In this document: piece by piece, positions 28,119-36,547 of the stretch
How the letters are laid out: every line of letters starts with the position of its first letter
Position numbering within the stretch: position 1 is the stretch's first letter
DNA from: Myxococcota bacterium
GTDB lineage: Bacteria > Myxococcota_A > UBA9160 > UBA6930
DNA length: 64,000 nucleotides
Reading direction: 5' to 3'
Assembly: GCA_965223415.1 (NCBI GenBank)
Contig: OZ245002.1
Coordinates: 2,368,001-2,432,000 of the forward strand
Notes under the pieces: model-generated
The model's input: only the letters and a program-made list of their open reading frames with translations
Database searches by the model: none
Told to the model about the DNA's origin: nothing
Position numbers and translations under genes: made by a program

Positions 28119-29460
28119 AGCTCTCGTCGGGGACGAAGTTGCCGTGGAAGCCGAAGGGGACGCGGGTGGGGAGGAGGATGGTGGCGATGGGACCGGCGGC
28201 GATGTGGGTGGCGTCGAGGACGACGACCTCCGAGCGGTTCTCGGCGGCGTCGTAGACGTAGGAGAGGAGCCAGCCCTCGTCCTCCGCCGCGTCGTCGCTC
28301 TTCGGGACGAAGACGGGCTCCATCGGGGCGCGTCCCGGACCGGCGACCCAGCTCTCGCAGCCGTTCTTCTCGAGGTCGTACTTCAGCAGCTCCCTGAAGT
28401 CGACGGCGCCTTCGCCCGCCTCAACGAAGCTGGCCGCGTAGCCGTAGCGCAGCGCACGGCCGACCCTTCGTTCGTCGTGGCGCGGGAACTCGACCTGGCG
28501 CTCGTCGAGGCGTTCTTCCTTGACGCTGCCCCCGGCCAGGTCGAAGGTCCACCGCGCCAGCACGGGGTTGCCTTCGGTGGGGCCGTTCCGGTTGCGATCG
28601 AACACACGCTCGTGTCGGACCGCGTCGAACACCACCTGGTCCGGGCCGACGTCGAAGGCGTTCAGGGGATGGAAGACGTAGCAGGAATCGATCTCGAACC
28701 ATCGCACCTCCTCGGCGGTGCCTTCGAGAGGCAGGAGGCCGATGCGCGCGCCGTACTCCGGATGCCAGGCGTAGGGGAAGCTCCCGCCCTGCTCCATCAC
28801 CTCCGGGTCGAAGATGCAGGGCAGGTCCATCAGCACGACGTGGCTCTCGGTGATGGCGGTATCGTGCACCATCGGGCCGCCGGGAACCGGAACCCCGACC
28901 GAGCGGCGTACCCGGCCGTCGGCGCCGACGACCACATGCTTGATGTGGTCCCACTCCCAGTAGTAGGTCACGGCGTGGAGCTCGCCGGTCGCCGGGTCCT
29001 TCTTCGGGTGGGCGGTGAAGCTGCCCTGGAGCGTGCCGCCGAAATCGCTGCGCGCGACGGTCTCCAGATCTTCGGTCAGCTCCACCGGCAGGCCACCGGC
29101 CTCGACGATTGCCCAGGTCTTGCCGGCGTGACCGATCACGTTGGTGTTGGCGGTGTTGCCGCCGGTACCGTGACGCGGGCCGGGGACCTCCGGCCAGCCC
29201 TTGGCCTCGCACACGCCGTCGTCGCGCACGTAGCGGTTCCGGTACCACTCGGCACGGCCGTCGCGCAGCCGCAGCCCGTGCACCATGCCGTTGCCGGTAA
29301 ACCAGTGGTAGGGCTCGGCCGGCGCGACCGGGTTCGGGCCGATGCGCAGGAGCCGCCCGTTCAGCTCGCGGGGCAGCTCGCCTCGTACCGGAAGATCGGT
29401 GACGGTGAGCTCCTCCTCGAGGGGAGCGAAGTTGCCGGAGAGAAACGGAGAGCTGGTCAT
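28117..29460 (-). CDS. Carotenoid oxygenase / lignostilbene dioxygenase family
   Basis: LSGNFAP, HWFTGNGMVHG, FTAHPK, MVHD, VFHPLNA, EPVFVP, GFHG. Confidence 0.93.
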   Translation of the reverse strand: MTSSPFLSGNFAPLEEELTVTDLPVRGELPRELNGRLLRIGPNPVAPAEPYHWFTGNGMVHGLRLRDGRAEWYRNRYVRDDGVCEAKGWPEVPGPRHGTGGNTANTNVIGHAGKTWAIVEAGGLPVELTEDLETVARSDFGGTLQGSFTAHPKKDPATGELHAVTYYWEWDHIKHVVVGADGRVRRSVGVPVPGGPMVHDTAITESHVVLMDLPCIFDPEVMEQGGSFPYAWHPEYGARIGLLPLEGTAEEVRWFEIDSCYVFHPLNAFDVGPDQVVFDAVRHERVFDRNRNGPTEGNPVLARWTFDLAGGSVKEERLDERQVEFPRHDERRVGRALRYGYAASFVEAGEGAVDFRELLKYDLEKNGCESWVAGPGRAPMEPVFVPKSDDAAEDEGWLLSYVYDAAENRSEVVVLDATHIAAGPIATILLPTRVPFGFHGNFVPDES

Positions 29461-30101
29461 GTCGTCGGTCCTCGAAGGGTGACGCCGAGGTCGTCGGCGG
29501 GGTGTGTTCGGGCGCCGCGGATGAGTGAGCTGAGCAGGGGCGGGAGGAGATCCCCGAGCTCGGGGCCCATCACGAGCTTGCCGGCCAGGTGGAGCGAGAC
29601 GAGGCCGTGGGTCGCGCTCCAGAGCAGGTGCGCGAGCACCTCGGGATCGCCCTCGAGCTCGCCGGCGCGGACGGCTTCCTCGACCGCGCGGGAGAGCGGA
29701 TGCCAGGCGCGCAGCTCGCCCTCGCGTACGTCCGGGTAGCCGTCGGGGCATGGCTGGGAGAGCGAGAATTGGAGTCGATAGGCGTCGGGCCGCTCGAGGG
29801 CGAAGGCTACGTACGCCCGGCCGAGGGCCGCGAGGCGTTCGAGCGGCGACTGGCCCGGGAGGATCGCCGCCTCCTGGGCCTCGGCGAACTCGCGGTAGGC
29901 AGCCGCGCGCACGGCGGCGAAGATCTCGTCCCGATCGCGGAAGTAGCGGTACGGGGTCATCGGGCTGCAGCCCATCTCGCGGGCGATGGCGCGCAGGGTG
30001 ACGCCGGCGTAGCCGTCCCGGACGAAGAGCCGGGTGGCGATCTCGACCAGCCGCTCCCGGAACGTCTGGATCTCTTCTTCGCTGAGCGCAGCTCGGCCCA
30101 T
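29457..30101 (-). CDS. TetR/AcrR regulator (WHG-type C-terminus)
   Basis: VTLRAIAREMGCSPMTPYRYF; LWSATHGL. Confidence 0.92.
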   Translation of the reverse strand: MGRAALSEEEIQTFRERLVEIATRLFVRDGYAGVTLRAIAREMGCSPMTPYRYFRDRDEIFAAVRAAAYREFAEAQEAAILPGQSPLERLAALGRAYVAFALERPDAYRLQFSLSQPCPDGYPDVREGELRAWHPLSRAVEEAVRAGELEGDPEVLAHLLWSATHGLVSLHLAGKLVMGPELGDLLPPLLSSLIRGARTHPADDLGVTLRGPTT

Positions 30102-30113
30102 GGAGATGGGTTT

Positions 30114-30134
30114 ACATCAAAAATTTTACGATGT
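30114..30134. promoter_or_regulatory. Probable TetR operator
   Basis: AT-rich imperfect palindrome ACATC-AAAAATTTTAC-GATGT between tetR and the divergent ligase. Confidence 0.5.
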
Positions 30135-30165
30135 CTACTCAAAGCTGAGATACCGTGCGCCGGCC

Positions 30166-31581
30166 ATGGCCCTGGTCTCGTACGCCGCCGCCTTCGCCGA
30201 GCTCGCCGCCGAGGCCCCGGACCGCCTGGCCCTGGTCTTCGAGGGCCGGGAGGTCCGCCGCGGCGAGCTCGATCGCCAGGCGAACCGGCTCGCCCGGTCC
30301 TTCGCCGAGCGCGGGGTCTGTGAGGGCGACCGCGTGGTGATCGCCCTCCCGAACTCGGTGGAGTTCGTGGCCGCGACCCTGGCGGTCTGGAAGCTCGGAG
30401 CCGTGCCCACGCCCGTCTCGTCCCGCCTGCCGGAGCGGGAGAGGCAGGAGATCGTCGCCCTGGCCGATCCGCGGCTGATGGTGGCGAAGGCGGAGGACGC
30501 CGTCCCTGCGGAGGGGCTCTCGGACGCGCCGCTTCCCGACCGCACGGCGCCCCATTCCCAGGCGATCGCGTCCGGCGGCAGCACCGGCCGGCCGAAGCTC
30601 ATCGTCGACGCGAACCCCGCCGCCTTCGATCCCGAGGCGGCCCACTACGGGGTCGGCGCCGGCACGGTGGTGCTCACGCCGGGCCCGCTCTTCCACACCG
30701 GGCCGTTCATCAACACCCGCGAGGCCCTGGTGCGCGGGGGCGTGGTCGTCCTCATGAGTCGCTTCGATCCCGAGGAGGCGCTCCGGCTGATCACCGAGCG
30801 CCGGGTGAACTGGGTGAATTTCGTGCCCACGATGCTTCACCGGATCTGGCGGCTGCCCGACGCGGTGAAGCAGGAGGCGGACCTCTCGTCGCTGCAGCGC
30901 GTCGTCTCGACCGGCGCCGCCTGCGCGGACTGGCTGATGCGCGCCTGGATCGAGTGGGTCGGGCCCGACCGCATGTTCGAGGCCTACGGCGGCACCGAGC
31001 GGATCGGCGGCACGTTGATCTCCGGCCGCGAGTGGCTCGAGCATCCCGGCTCCGTCGGGAAGCCCACCGGCGGCCGCCAGGTGCGGATCCTCGGCCCCGA
31101 CGGCGACGAGCTGCCTCCCGGCGAGGTCGGAGAGATCTTCATGCTGCCCCCCGGCGGGCAGGGCTCCACCTATCGCTACCTGGGCGCCCGGGCCAAGGCG
31201 ACCAGCGACGGCTGGGAGACGTTGGGCGATCTCGGCTACCTGGACGAGGACGGCTTCCTGTACCTGGTCGATCGCCGCACCGACATGATCGTGACCGGCG
31301 GCGAGAACGTGTACCCGGCCGAGGTGGAGGGCGCGATCGACGCGCACCCCGCCGTTCAGTCGAGCGCGGTGATCGGCCTGCCGGACGACGACCTGGGCGC
31401 CCGCATCCACGCCATCGTCGAGGCCGATCCGCCCGTGAGCGACGAGGCGCTGCGTGCCCACCTCGCCGAGCGCCTCGTCCGTTACAAGATCCCCCGCACC
31501 TTCGAGTTCGTGCAGGAGCCCCTCCGCGACGACGCCGGCAAGGTCCGCCGCTCCCGCCTCCGCGAAGAGCGCACAACTTAA
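30166..31581 (+). CDS. Acyl-CoA synthetase / bile-acid CoA ligase-like
   Basis: SGGSTGRPK, YGGTE, GDLGY, ENVYPAEVE, AGKVRR. Confidence 0.9.
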   Translation: MALVSYAAAFAELAAEAPDRLALVFEGREVRRGELDRQANRLARSFAERGVCEGDRVVIALPNSVEFVAATLAVWKLGAVPTPVSSRLPERERQEIVALADPRLMVAKAEDAVPAEGLSDAPLPDRTAPHSQAIASGGSTGRPKLIVDANPAAFDPEAAHYGVGAGTVVLTPGPLFHTGPFINTREALVRGGVVVLMSRFDPEEALRLITERRVNWVNFVPTMLHRIWRLPDAVKQEADLSSLQRVVSTGAACADWLMRAWIEWVGPDRMFEAYGGTERIGGTLISGREWLEHPGSVGKPTGGRQVRILGPDGDELPPGEVGEIFMLPPGGQGSTYRYLGARAKATSDGWETLGDLGYLDEDGFLYLVDRRTDMIVTGGENVYPAEVEGAIDAHPAVQSSAVIGLPDDDLGARIHAIVEADPPVSDEALRAHLAERLVRYKIPRTFEFVQEPLRDDAGKVRRSRLREERTT

Positions 31582-31608
31582 CAAACGGAACCGGCCCCTA
31601 ACTTAACA
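31575..31608 (-). repeat. Arm-core-arm mini element, copy A
   Basis: + strand AACTTAACA-AACGGAACCGGCCCCT-AACTTAACA, 25-bp arm period. Confidence 0.85.
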
Positions 31609-32401
31609 GGAAGTCGACGATGTGGGGGTTGGCTTTGGGGTCCTGGACGAGGAAGAGGTGGCCGCCTTCGAAGACGGCGAGCTCGGCGCCGGGGATCTGG
31701 GAGGCGATGGCTTCGCTGTTGGCGAGGGGGGCGATGCCGTCGTAGCGGCCGGCGCAGATGAGGGTGGGCATCGCCAGGGTGGGGAGCCGGTCGTAGACGT
31801 CGTGGTGTCGGCGCGCCTCGAGCTGGCGGGCGGCACCCTCGGCGCGGCCCGGCTCGCCGGCGCCGACGGTGGCGCGCTTCGCCATCATCGCCAGGACGTT
31901 CTCGAAGGCTTCCGGGTTCGCGGCGCGCCAGGCCGCGTCCATGCGCGTGTCGGCGAGCTCGAGGCCGTGGAGCGCGCGTTCGTCGTCGGGAAGCGACTGG
32001 AGCTCGTGCAGCGGATACGACGCACGGCCCGCGCCTCCGGGGCTCGTGCAGCACAGGACGAGGCGCTCGATCCGCTCGGGATACCGCACGGCCAGCTCCT
32101 GGGCGACCATCCCGCCGAAGGACACGCCGATGACCGAGCAGCGCTCCCACCCCACGTGATCGAGAAGCGCCGCGGCATCCTCGGCGTAGTCCTCCATCGT
32201 GTAGGGGCCGTCGGGCCTGTCCGTCTGGCCGAGCCCGCGCTGGTCGTGGGCCAGCAGGTCGAAATGCTCGCCTAACGGCCCCTCGAAGGGACCAGGACGT
32301 GCCCGCAGGTCGCCCTGACTCCCGTTCACGAAGAGCAGCGGTGGGCCCTTTCCCGCGCGCTCGTAGTAGATTCGGATCCCACGGAGCTCGACGTATGCCA
32401 T
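31598..32401 (-). CDS. Alpha/beta hydrolase (3-oxoadipate enol-lactonase-like)
   Basis: DQRGLG, GVSFGG nucleophile elbow, GRYD, GGH. Confidence 0.9.
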   Translation of the reverse strand: MAYVELRGIRIYYERAGKGPPLLFVNGSQGDLRARPGPFEGPLGEHFDLLAHDQRGLGQTDRPDGPYTMEDYAEDAAALLDHVGWERCSVIGVSFGGMVAQELAVRYPERIERLVLCCTSPGGAGRASYPLHELQSLPDDERALHGLELADTRMDAAWRAANPEAFENVLAMMAKRATVGAGEPGRAEGAARQLEARRHHDVYDRLPTLAMPTLICAGRYDGIAPLANSEAIASQIPGAELAVFEGGHLFLVQDPKANPHIVDFLLS

Positions 32402-32428
32402 GGTGCGGATGCTACCCTGGGAGGCCTG

Positions 32429-33250
32429 ATGGCGACCGCCCATTCTATCGTCGTTCGGCGACCCGAGCTCGCGCTGGGCGACGAGATCCCCCGCTACTGG
32501 TACGCCGGCGATCCCTTCGCCACCCACTTCCTGAACGCCCTCTCCTCGGTCTTCCCGGACGGCGAGGCCTTCTTCGTGCGCTCGGTGCTGGCCTTCCGGG
32601 ATCGCATCGAGGATCCGGAGCTCCAAGAGGCGATCCGCCGCTTCGCCGCCCAGGAGGGTCAGCACAGCCATCAGCACGACCGGCACCTGAAGATGCTCGC
32701 CCGCCAGGGCTACACCGCCCTCGCCGGGCGCAACCGGCTCATGCGCAAGATCATGGACTGGAGCGTGCGCCGCGCGCCGCGCCTCTCCCTCGCCTCGACG
32801 GCGGCCCTCGAGCACCTCACTGCGCTCCTCGCCCGGCGCCTGCTCTCGGAGCCGGAGCGCTGGATCGCGGCCATGGATCCGCGCATGGGGCCGCTCTGGC
32901 AGTGGCACGCCCTGGAAGAAGCCGAGCACAAGGCCGTCGCCTACGACGTGCTGATGCAGACCGCGCCGGGAGAGGGCCTGCGTGCCTGGGCGCTGGCCTC
33001 CAACACCCTCGGCCTGGTGCTCGAGACCTTGGACCGCACCGTCTACATGCTTTGGAAGGACGGTCTGCTCTTCCGGCGCGGCACCTGGGCCAGTGCCTGG
33101 CGTTTCCTGCTGGGTCGGGACGGCTTCCTGCGTGGTCTCGGTGCCGACTACTCCGCCTGGTACCGGCGCGGCTTCCACCCCCAGCATCAGGACGACGGCC
33201 CGCTCGTCGAGGCAGGGCGTCGGGCTCTGGAGGCCGGGGCGATCGCCTAG
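32429..33250 (+). CDS. Predicted metal-dependent hydrolase (ferritin-like)
   Basis: FPDGEAFF, QEGQH, ALEH, WHALEEAEHK, FHP motifs. Confidence 0.88.
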   Translation: MATAHSIVVRRPELALGDEIPRYWYAGDPFATHFLNALSSVFPDGEAFFVRSVLAFRDRIEDPELQEAIRRFAAQEGQHSHQHDRHLKMLARQGYTALAGRNRLMRKIMDWSVRRAPRLSLASTAALEHLTALLARRLLSEPERWIAAMDPRMGPLWQWHALEEAEHKAVAYDVLMQTAPGEGLRAWALASNTLGLVLETLDRTVYMLWKDGLLFRRGTWASAWRFLLGRDGFLRGLGADYSAWYRRGFHPQHQDDGPLVEAGRRALEAGAIA

Positions 33251-33627
33251 GGCCGGGTCGAGGCGGCGAGCGCACCCATGGCTCTCGAGATCGTCGGCGC
33301 GACCGGCGCCCTCCCCGACGACCGGGGGAACCTCCGCCAGCAGCGCGTGCCGCCCGCGGTCGATCGCCTCGCCGGCGAGCTCGGCCTCCAGCGTCGCCGG
33401 CTCCCCGGCGACGACCCGCAGCGCTTCGGGGCGGAAGAGGCGCTCCTCGGCGTCGCGCAGGCAGACGAGCTCGTTCAGGAAGCGGAGTGGCGCGGTCATC
33501 GGGCCCCGATGCTCCGAGGGTTCGCGCTCGGGGCGGCCTTTGCCAGGTGTGCCCCGCCTCACGTACGCTGTCGCCCCTTTTCCCGGGTTCTTCGGATTCC
33601 CCGGAGTCATCGGGTTCGGAGGTCGTG

Positions 33628-35292
33628 ATGCTGCGACTCGTCTTCGTCACCGTGGGCGTTCTGCTTACCCCTCTACCCGCGGTGGCGGCTCAACCGGCCG
33701 ACCGCCTCTTCCTCGGCGATCACGTCGTCACCCTCGAGAAGGACACGACCGACGCCACTGCCGTCGCCGTCGTGGACGGCCGGATCGCCTGGGTGGGGGC
33801 GCGGGCCGAGGCGGAGCCGTGGAAGGGGCCCGACACGCAGGTCACGGAGCTCGGCTCCCGCGCGCTCGTGCCGGGCTTCGTCGATGCCCACGGCCACCTC
33901 ATGCTCCAGGCGCTCCTGATCGACAACGCCAACGTCTCGTCGCCACCGGTCGGACCCGCGAAGGACATCGCCGGCGTGCAGCAGGTGCTGCGCGAGCACA
34001 TGACGAAGAACGCCGTCGCACCCGGGCAAGCGGTGCTCGGCTACGGCTACGACGATTCGCTGCTGGCAGAGAGCCGCCACCCGACGCGCCAGGAGCTCGA
34101 CGCCGTCTCGACGGAGAGCCCGATCGTCTTGCTGCACGTCTCCGGCCACCTGATGACCGCGAACAGCCTGGCGCTCGAGCAGGCGGGCCTGACCGCGGAG
34201 ACGCCGAATCCGGAGGGGGGCACGATCCGACGCGAGGCGGACGGCAAGACCCCGAACGGCGTGCTCGAGGAGACCGCCACCTACGCACTCCGCGGTCTTC
34301 TCTCCGCCGCGCCCGCCGACGAGCAGATCGAGCGCGCGGTCCGCCACTTCGCCTCCTTCGGCGTCACCACGATCCAGGACGGCGCGAGCTCGGTCGAGGC
34401 GGTCGCCCAGCTGGAGAAGCTCGATCGCGCTGGGCGGCTCGCGGTGGACGTCGTCGCCTACCCGGTCGGGATGGATCCCAAGGCCATTCCCGCCGATTTC
34501 AGCTTCGGCGCTCGGGACCGTCTGCGGGTGCCGGGCGTGAAGCTGGTGCTCGACGGCTCGCCCCAGGGCAAGACCGCCTACCTCAGCGAGCCCTACCACG
34601 TACCGCCGGAGGGGCTCGGAGCCGGTTACCGTGGCTATCCCATCGTCCCTGCCGAGGCCGCCAGCCAGCTCGTGGCCCAGTGGTCGTCCCGCAAGGTCCC
34701 GATCCTGGCCCACGCCAACGGTGACGCCGCGGCCGAGATGCTGATCGACGCGGTGCAGGCCGCGGCCGCGGACTGGGACCACCGCACCGTGATGATCCAC
34801 GCCCAGACCGTGCGCGACGACCAACTCGACCGCATGGCGAAGCTCGGCATCATCCCCTCCTTCTTCTCGACCCACACCTTCTACTGGGGCGATTGGCACC
34901 GCGATTCGGTGCTCGGCCCCGAGCGGGCGTCGCGCATCAGCCCGACCCGCTCCGCGACCGAACGCCGCATGCACTTCACCGTGCACAACGACGCGCCGGT
35001 GGTGCCGCCGGACATGGTGCGCCTCCTGTGGTCGACGACGAACCGGAAGACGCGCAGCGGCGCGACGCTCGGCGAGGCCCAGCGGCTCACCGTCGAGGAG
35101 GCGCTGCGCGCCGTCACCCTCGAGGGCGCCTACCAGCACTTCGAGGAGGCCGAGAAGGGAACGATCGCGGTCGGCAAGCGGGCGGACCTGGTCGTGCTGA
35201 GCGCCAATCCCCTGGAGACGCCCCGGGCGGACCTGCTGGAGCTCCGGGTGGAGGAGACGATCTCGCGGGGCGATGTCGTCTTCTCGCGCTGA
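33628..35292 (+). CDS. Amidohydrolase (YtcJ-like), exported
   Basis: PGFVDAHGH, HANGD, IHAQ, HNDAP, GKRADLVVL. Confidence 0.92.
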   Translation: MLRLVFVTVGVLLTPLPAVAAQPADRLFLGDHVVTLEKDTTDATAVAVVDGRIAWVGARAEAEPWKGPDTQVTELGSRALVPGFVDAHGHLMLQALLIDNANVSSPPVGPAKDIAGVQQVLREHMTKNAVAPGQAVLGYGYDDSLLAESRHPTRQELDAVSTESPIVLLHVSGHLMTANSLALEQAGLTAETPNPEGGTIRREADGKTPNGVLEETATYALRGLLSAAPADEQIERAVRHFASFGVTTIQDGASSVEAVAQLEKLDRAGRLAVDVVAYPVGMDPKAIPADFSFGARDRLRVPGVKLVLDGSPQGKTAYLSEPYHVPPEGLGAGYRGYPIVPAEAASQLVAQWSSRKVPILAHANGDAAAEMLIDAVQAAAADWDHRTVMIHAQTVRDDQLDRMAKLGIIPSFFSTHTFYWGDWHRDSVLGPERASRISPTRSATERRMHFTVHNDAPVVPPDMVRLLWSTTNRKTRSGATLGEAQRLTVEEALRAVTLEGAYQHFEEAEKGTIAVGKRADLVVLSANPLETPRADLLELRVEETISRGDVVFSR

Positions 35293-35312
35293 GGGCGCGG
35301 TACCCTCCCGCC

Positions 35313-35750
35313 ATGGAAGATCGCGACCGACTGCTGATCGAGCGCGCCTGCGAGCGCCTCGTCACTGCCTACTGCCACCACGTCGACCACGGGGAGGCGA
35401 GCCGCGTGGCCGAGCTCTTCACCGAGGATGGCGTGTGGACGGGGCCCGGTGTGCGCATGGAGGGACGCGAGCAGCTTCAGAAGGGCTTCGCCGCCCGCGA
35501 GGCCCAGAGGGAGCGCATGTCCCGCCACGTCTGCCACAACTTCCTGTGCGATGTCCTCGACGGGGAACACGCCGAAGGCGTCGTCTACCTCACGCTCTAC
35601 CGGCACGACGGTGATCCGGACCGGAAGGTCTCGCCTCTGGTCGGCCCGGCGATGGTGGGGGAGTACCGCGATCGCTTCGTCCGCACGCCGGAGGGCTGGC
35701 GCATCGCGGCCCGGGATACGCGGGTGAGCTTCCTGGCCGAAGGCGCATGA
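35313..35750 (+). CDS. SnoaL/NTF2-like protein
   Basis: YCHHVD, LFTEDG, RH, YRDRFVRTPEGWRI. Confidence 0.85.
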   Translation: MEDRDRLLIERACERLVTAYCHHVDHGEASRVAELFTEDGVWTGPGVRMEGREQLQKGFAAREAQRERMSRHVCHNFLCDVLDGEHAEGVVYLTLYRHDGDPDRKVSPLVGPAMVGEYRDRFVRTPEGWRIAARDTRVSFLAEGA

Positions 35751-36547
35751 GCGCCGTGCCGCGGCGCCTCGTCGGGCGCCGCGCCTTCGTGACCGGCGGC
35801 GGCAGCGGCATCGGCCGGGCGACGGCATTGCGCCTGGCCGACGAGGGGGCGGCGGTCGCCATCGCCGACAAGCGGGCGGAGCCCGCCCGGGAAGCCGCCG
35901 AGGCGATCACCGCGGCGGGCGGCCAGGCACTGCCCCTCGCCTGCGACGTGAGCGACGAGTCCTCGGTGGCGTCCTCGGTGGCCGCCGCCGCAGAGGCGTT
36001 CCGCGGCCTCGATGCGGTCTTCGCCAACGCGGGCACTGCGGGCTCCGGCTGGATCCACGAGACGGCTCTCGAGGACTGGGAGGCGGTGCTGCGGGTGAAC
36101 CTGACCGGCGTCTTCCTGACCGCCAAGCACACCCTGCCGCACCTGCTCGCGGCCGGCGGCGGCGCCCTCGTGACCACCGGTTCGATCGCGTCGCTCGTGG
36201 TCGGCCCCGGCGGCTCGGCGGCGAGCTACGCGGCGTCGAAGGGGGGTGTGCTGCAGCTGACGAAGCAGATCGCCGTGGACTACGGCCCGCAGAACGTGCG
36301 GGCCAACTGCCTGTGTCCGGGCGGGGTGAAGACCGCCCTGACCGCCCACGCGGCGGAGGACCAGGCCGGCCACTCGACGCCGGTGCCGGAGGGCGGCCGG
36401 CTCCCGCGCAGCCTCTTCCGCTCGCCCCTCGCGCGGGTCTCCGATCCCGCCGAGCAGGCCGCGGTGGTCGCCTTCCTGCTCTCCGACGATGCCTCCTTCG
36501 TGACCGGGAGCGCGATGCTCGTCGACGGCGGGCTCACGGCCATCTGA
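35747..36547 (+). CDS. SDR oxidoreductase
   Basis: TGGGSGIG, NAG, YAASK. Confidence 0.92.
   Translation: MSAVPRRLVGRRAFVTGGGSGIGRATALRLADEGAAVAIADKRAEPAREAAEAITAAGGQALPLACDVSDESSVASSVAAAAEAFRGLDAVFANAGTAGSGWIHETALEDWEAVLRVNLTGVFLTAKHTLPHLLAAGGGALVTTGSIASLVVGPGGSAASYAASKGGVLQLTKQIAVDYGPQNVRANCLCPGGVKTALTAHAAEDQAGHSTPVPEGGRLPRSLFRSPLARVSDPAEQAAVVAFLLSDDASFVTGSAMLVDGGLTAI

Noticed and set aside
31575..31608. Integron attC site (GTTAAGT fits GTTRRRY)
   Set aside because: Arms are direct rather than inverted, there is no attC stem or integrase, the flanking genes are convergent, and sister copies use GTTGCGT
33278..33628. 116-aa plus-strand ORF
   Set aside because: Reads like an antisense shadow; no motif or RBS
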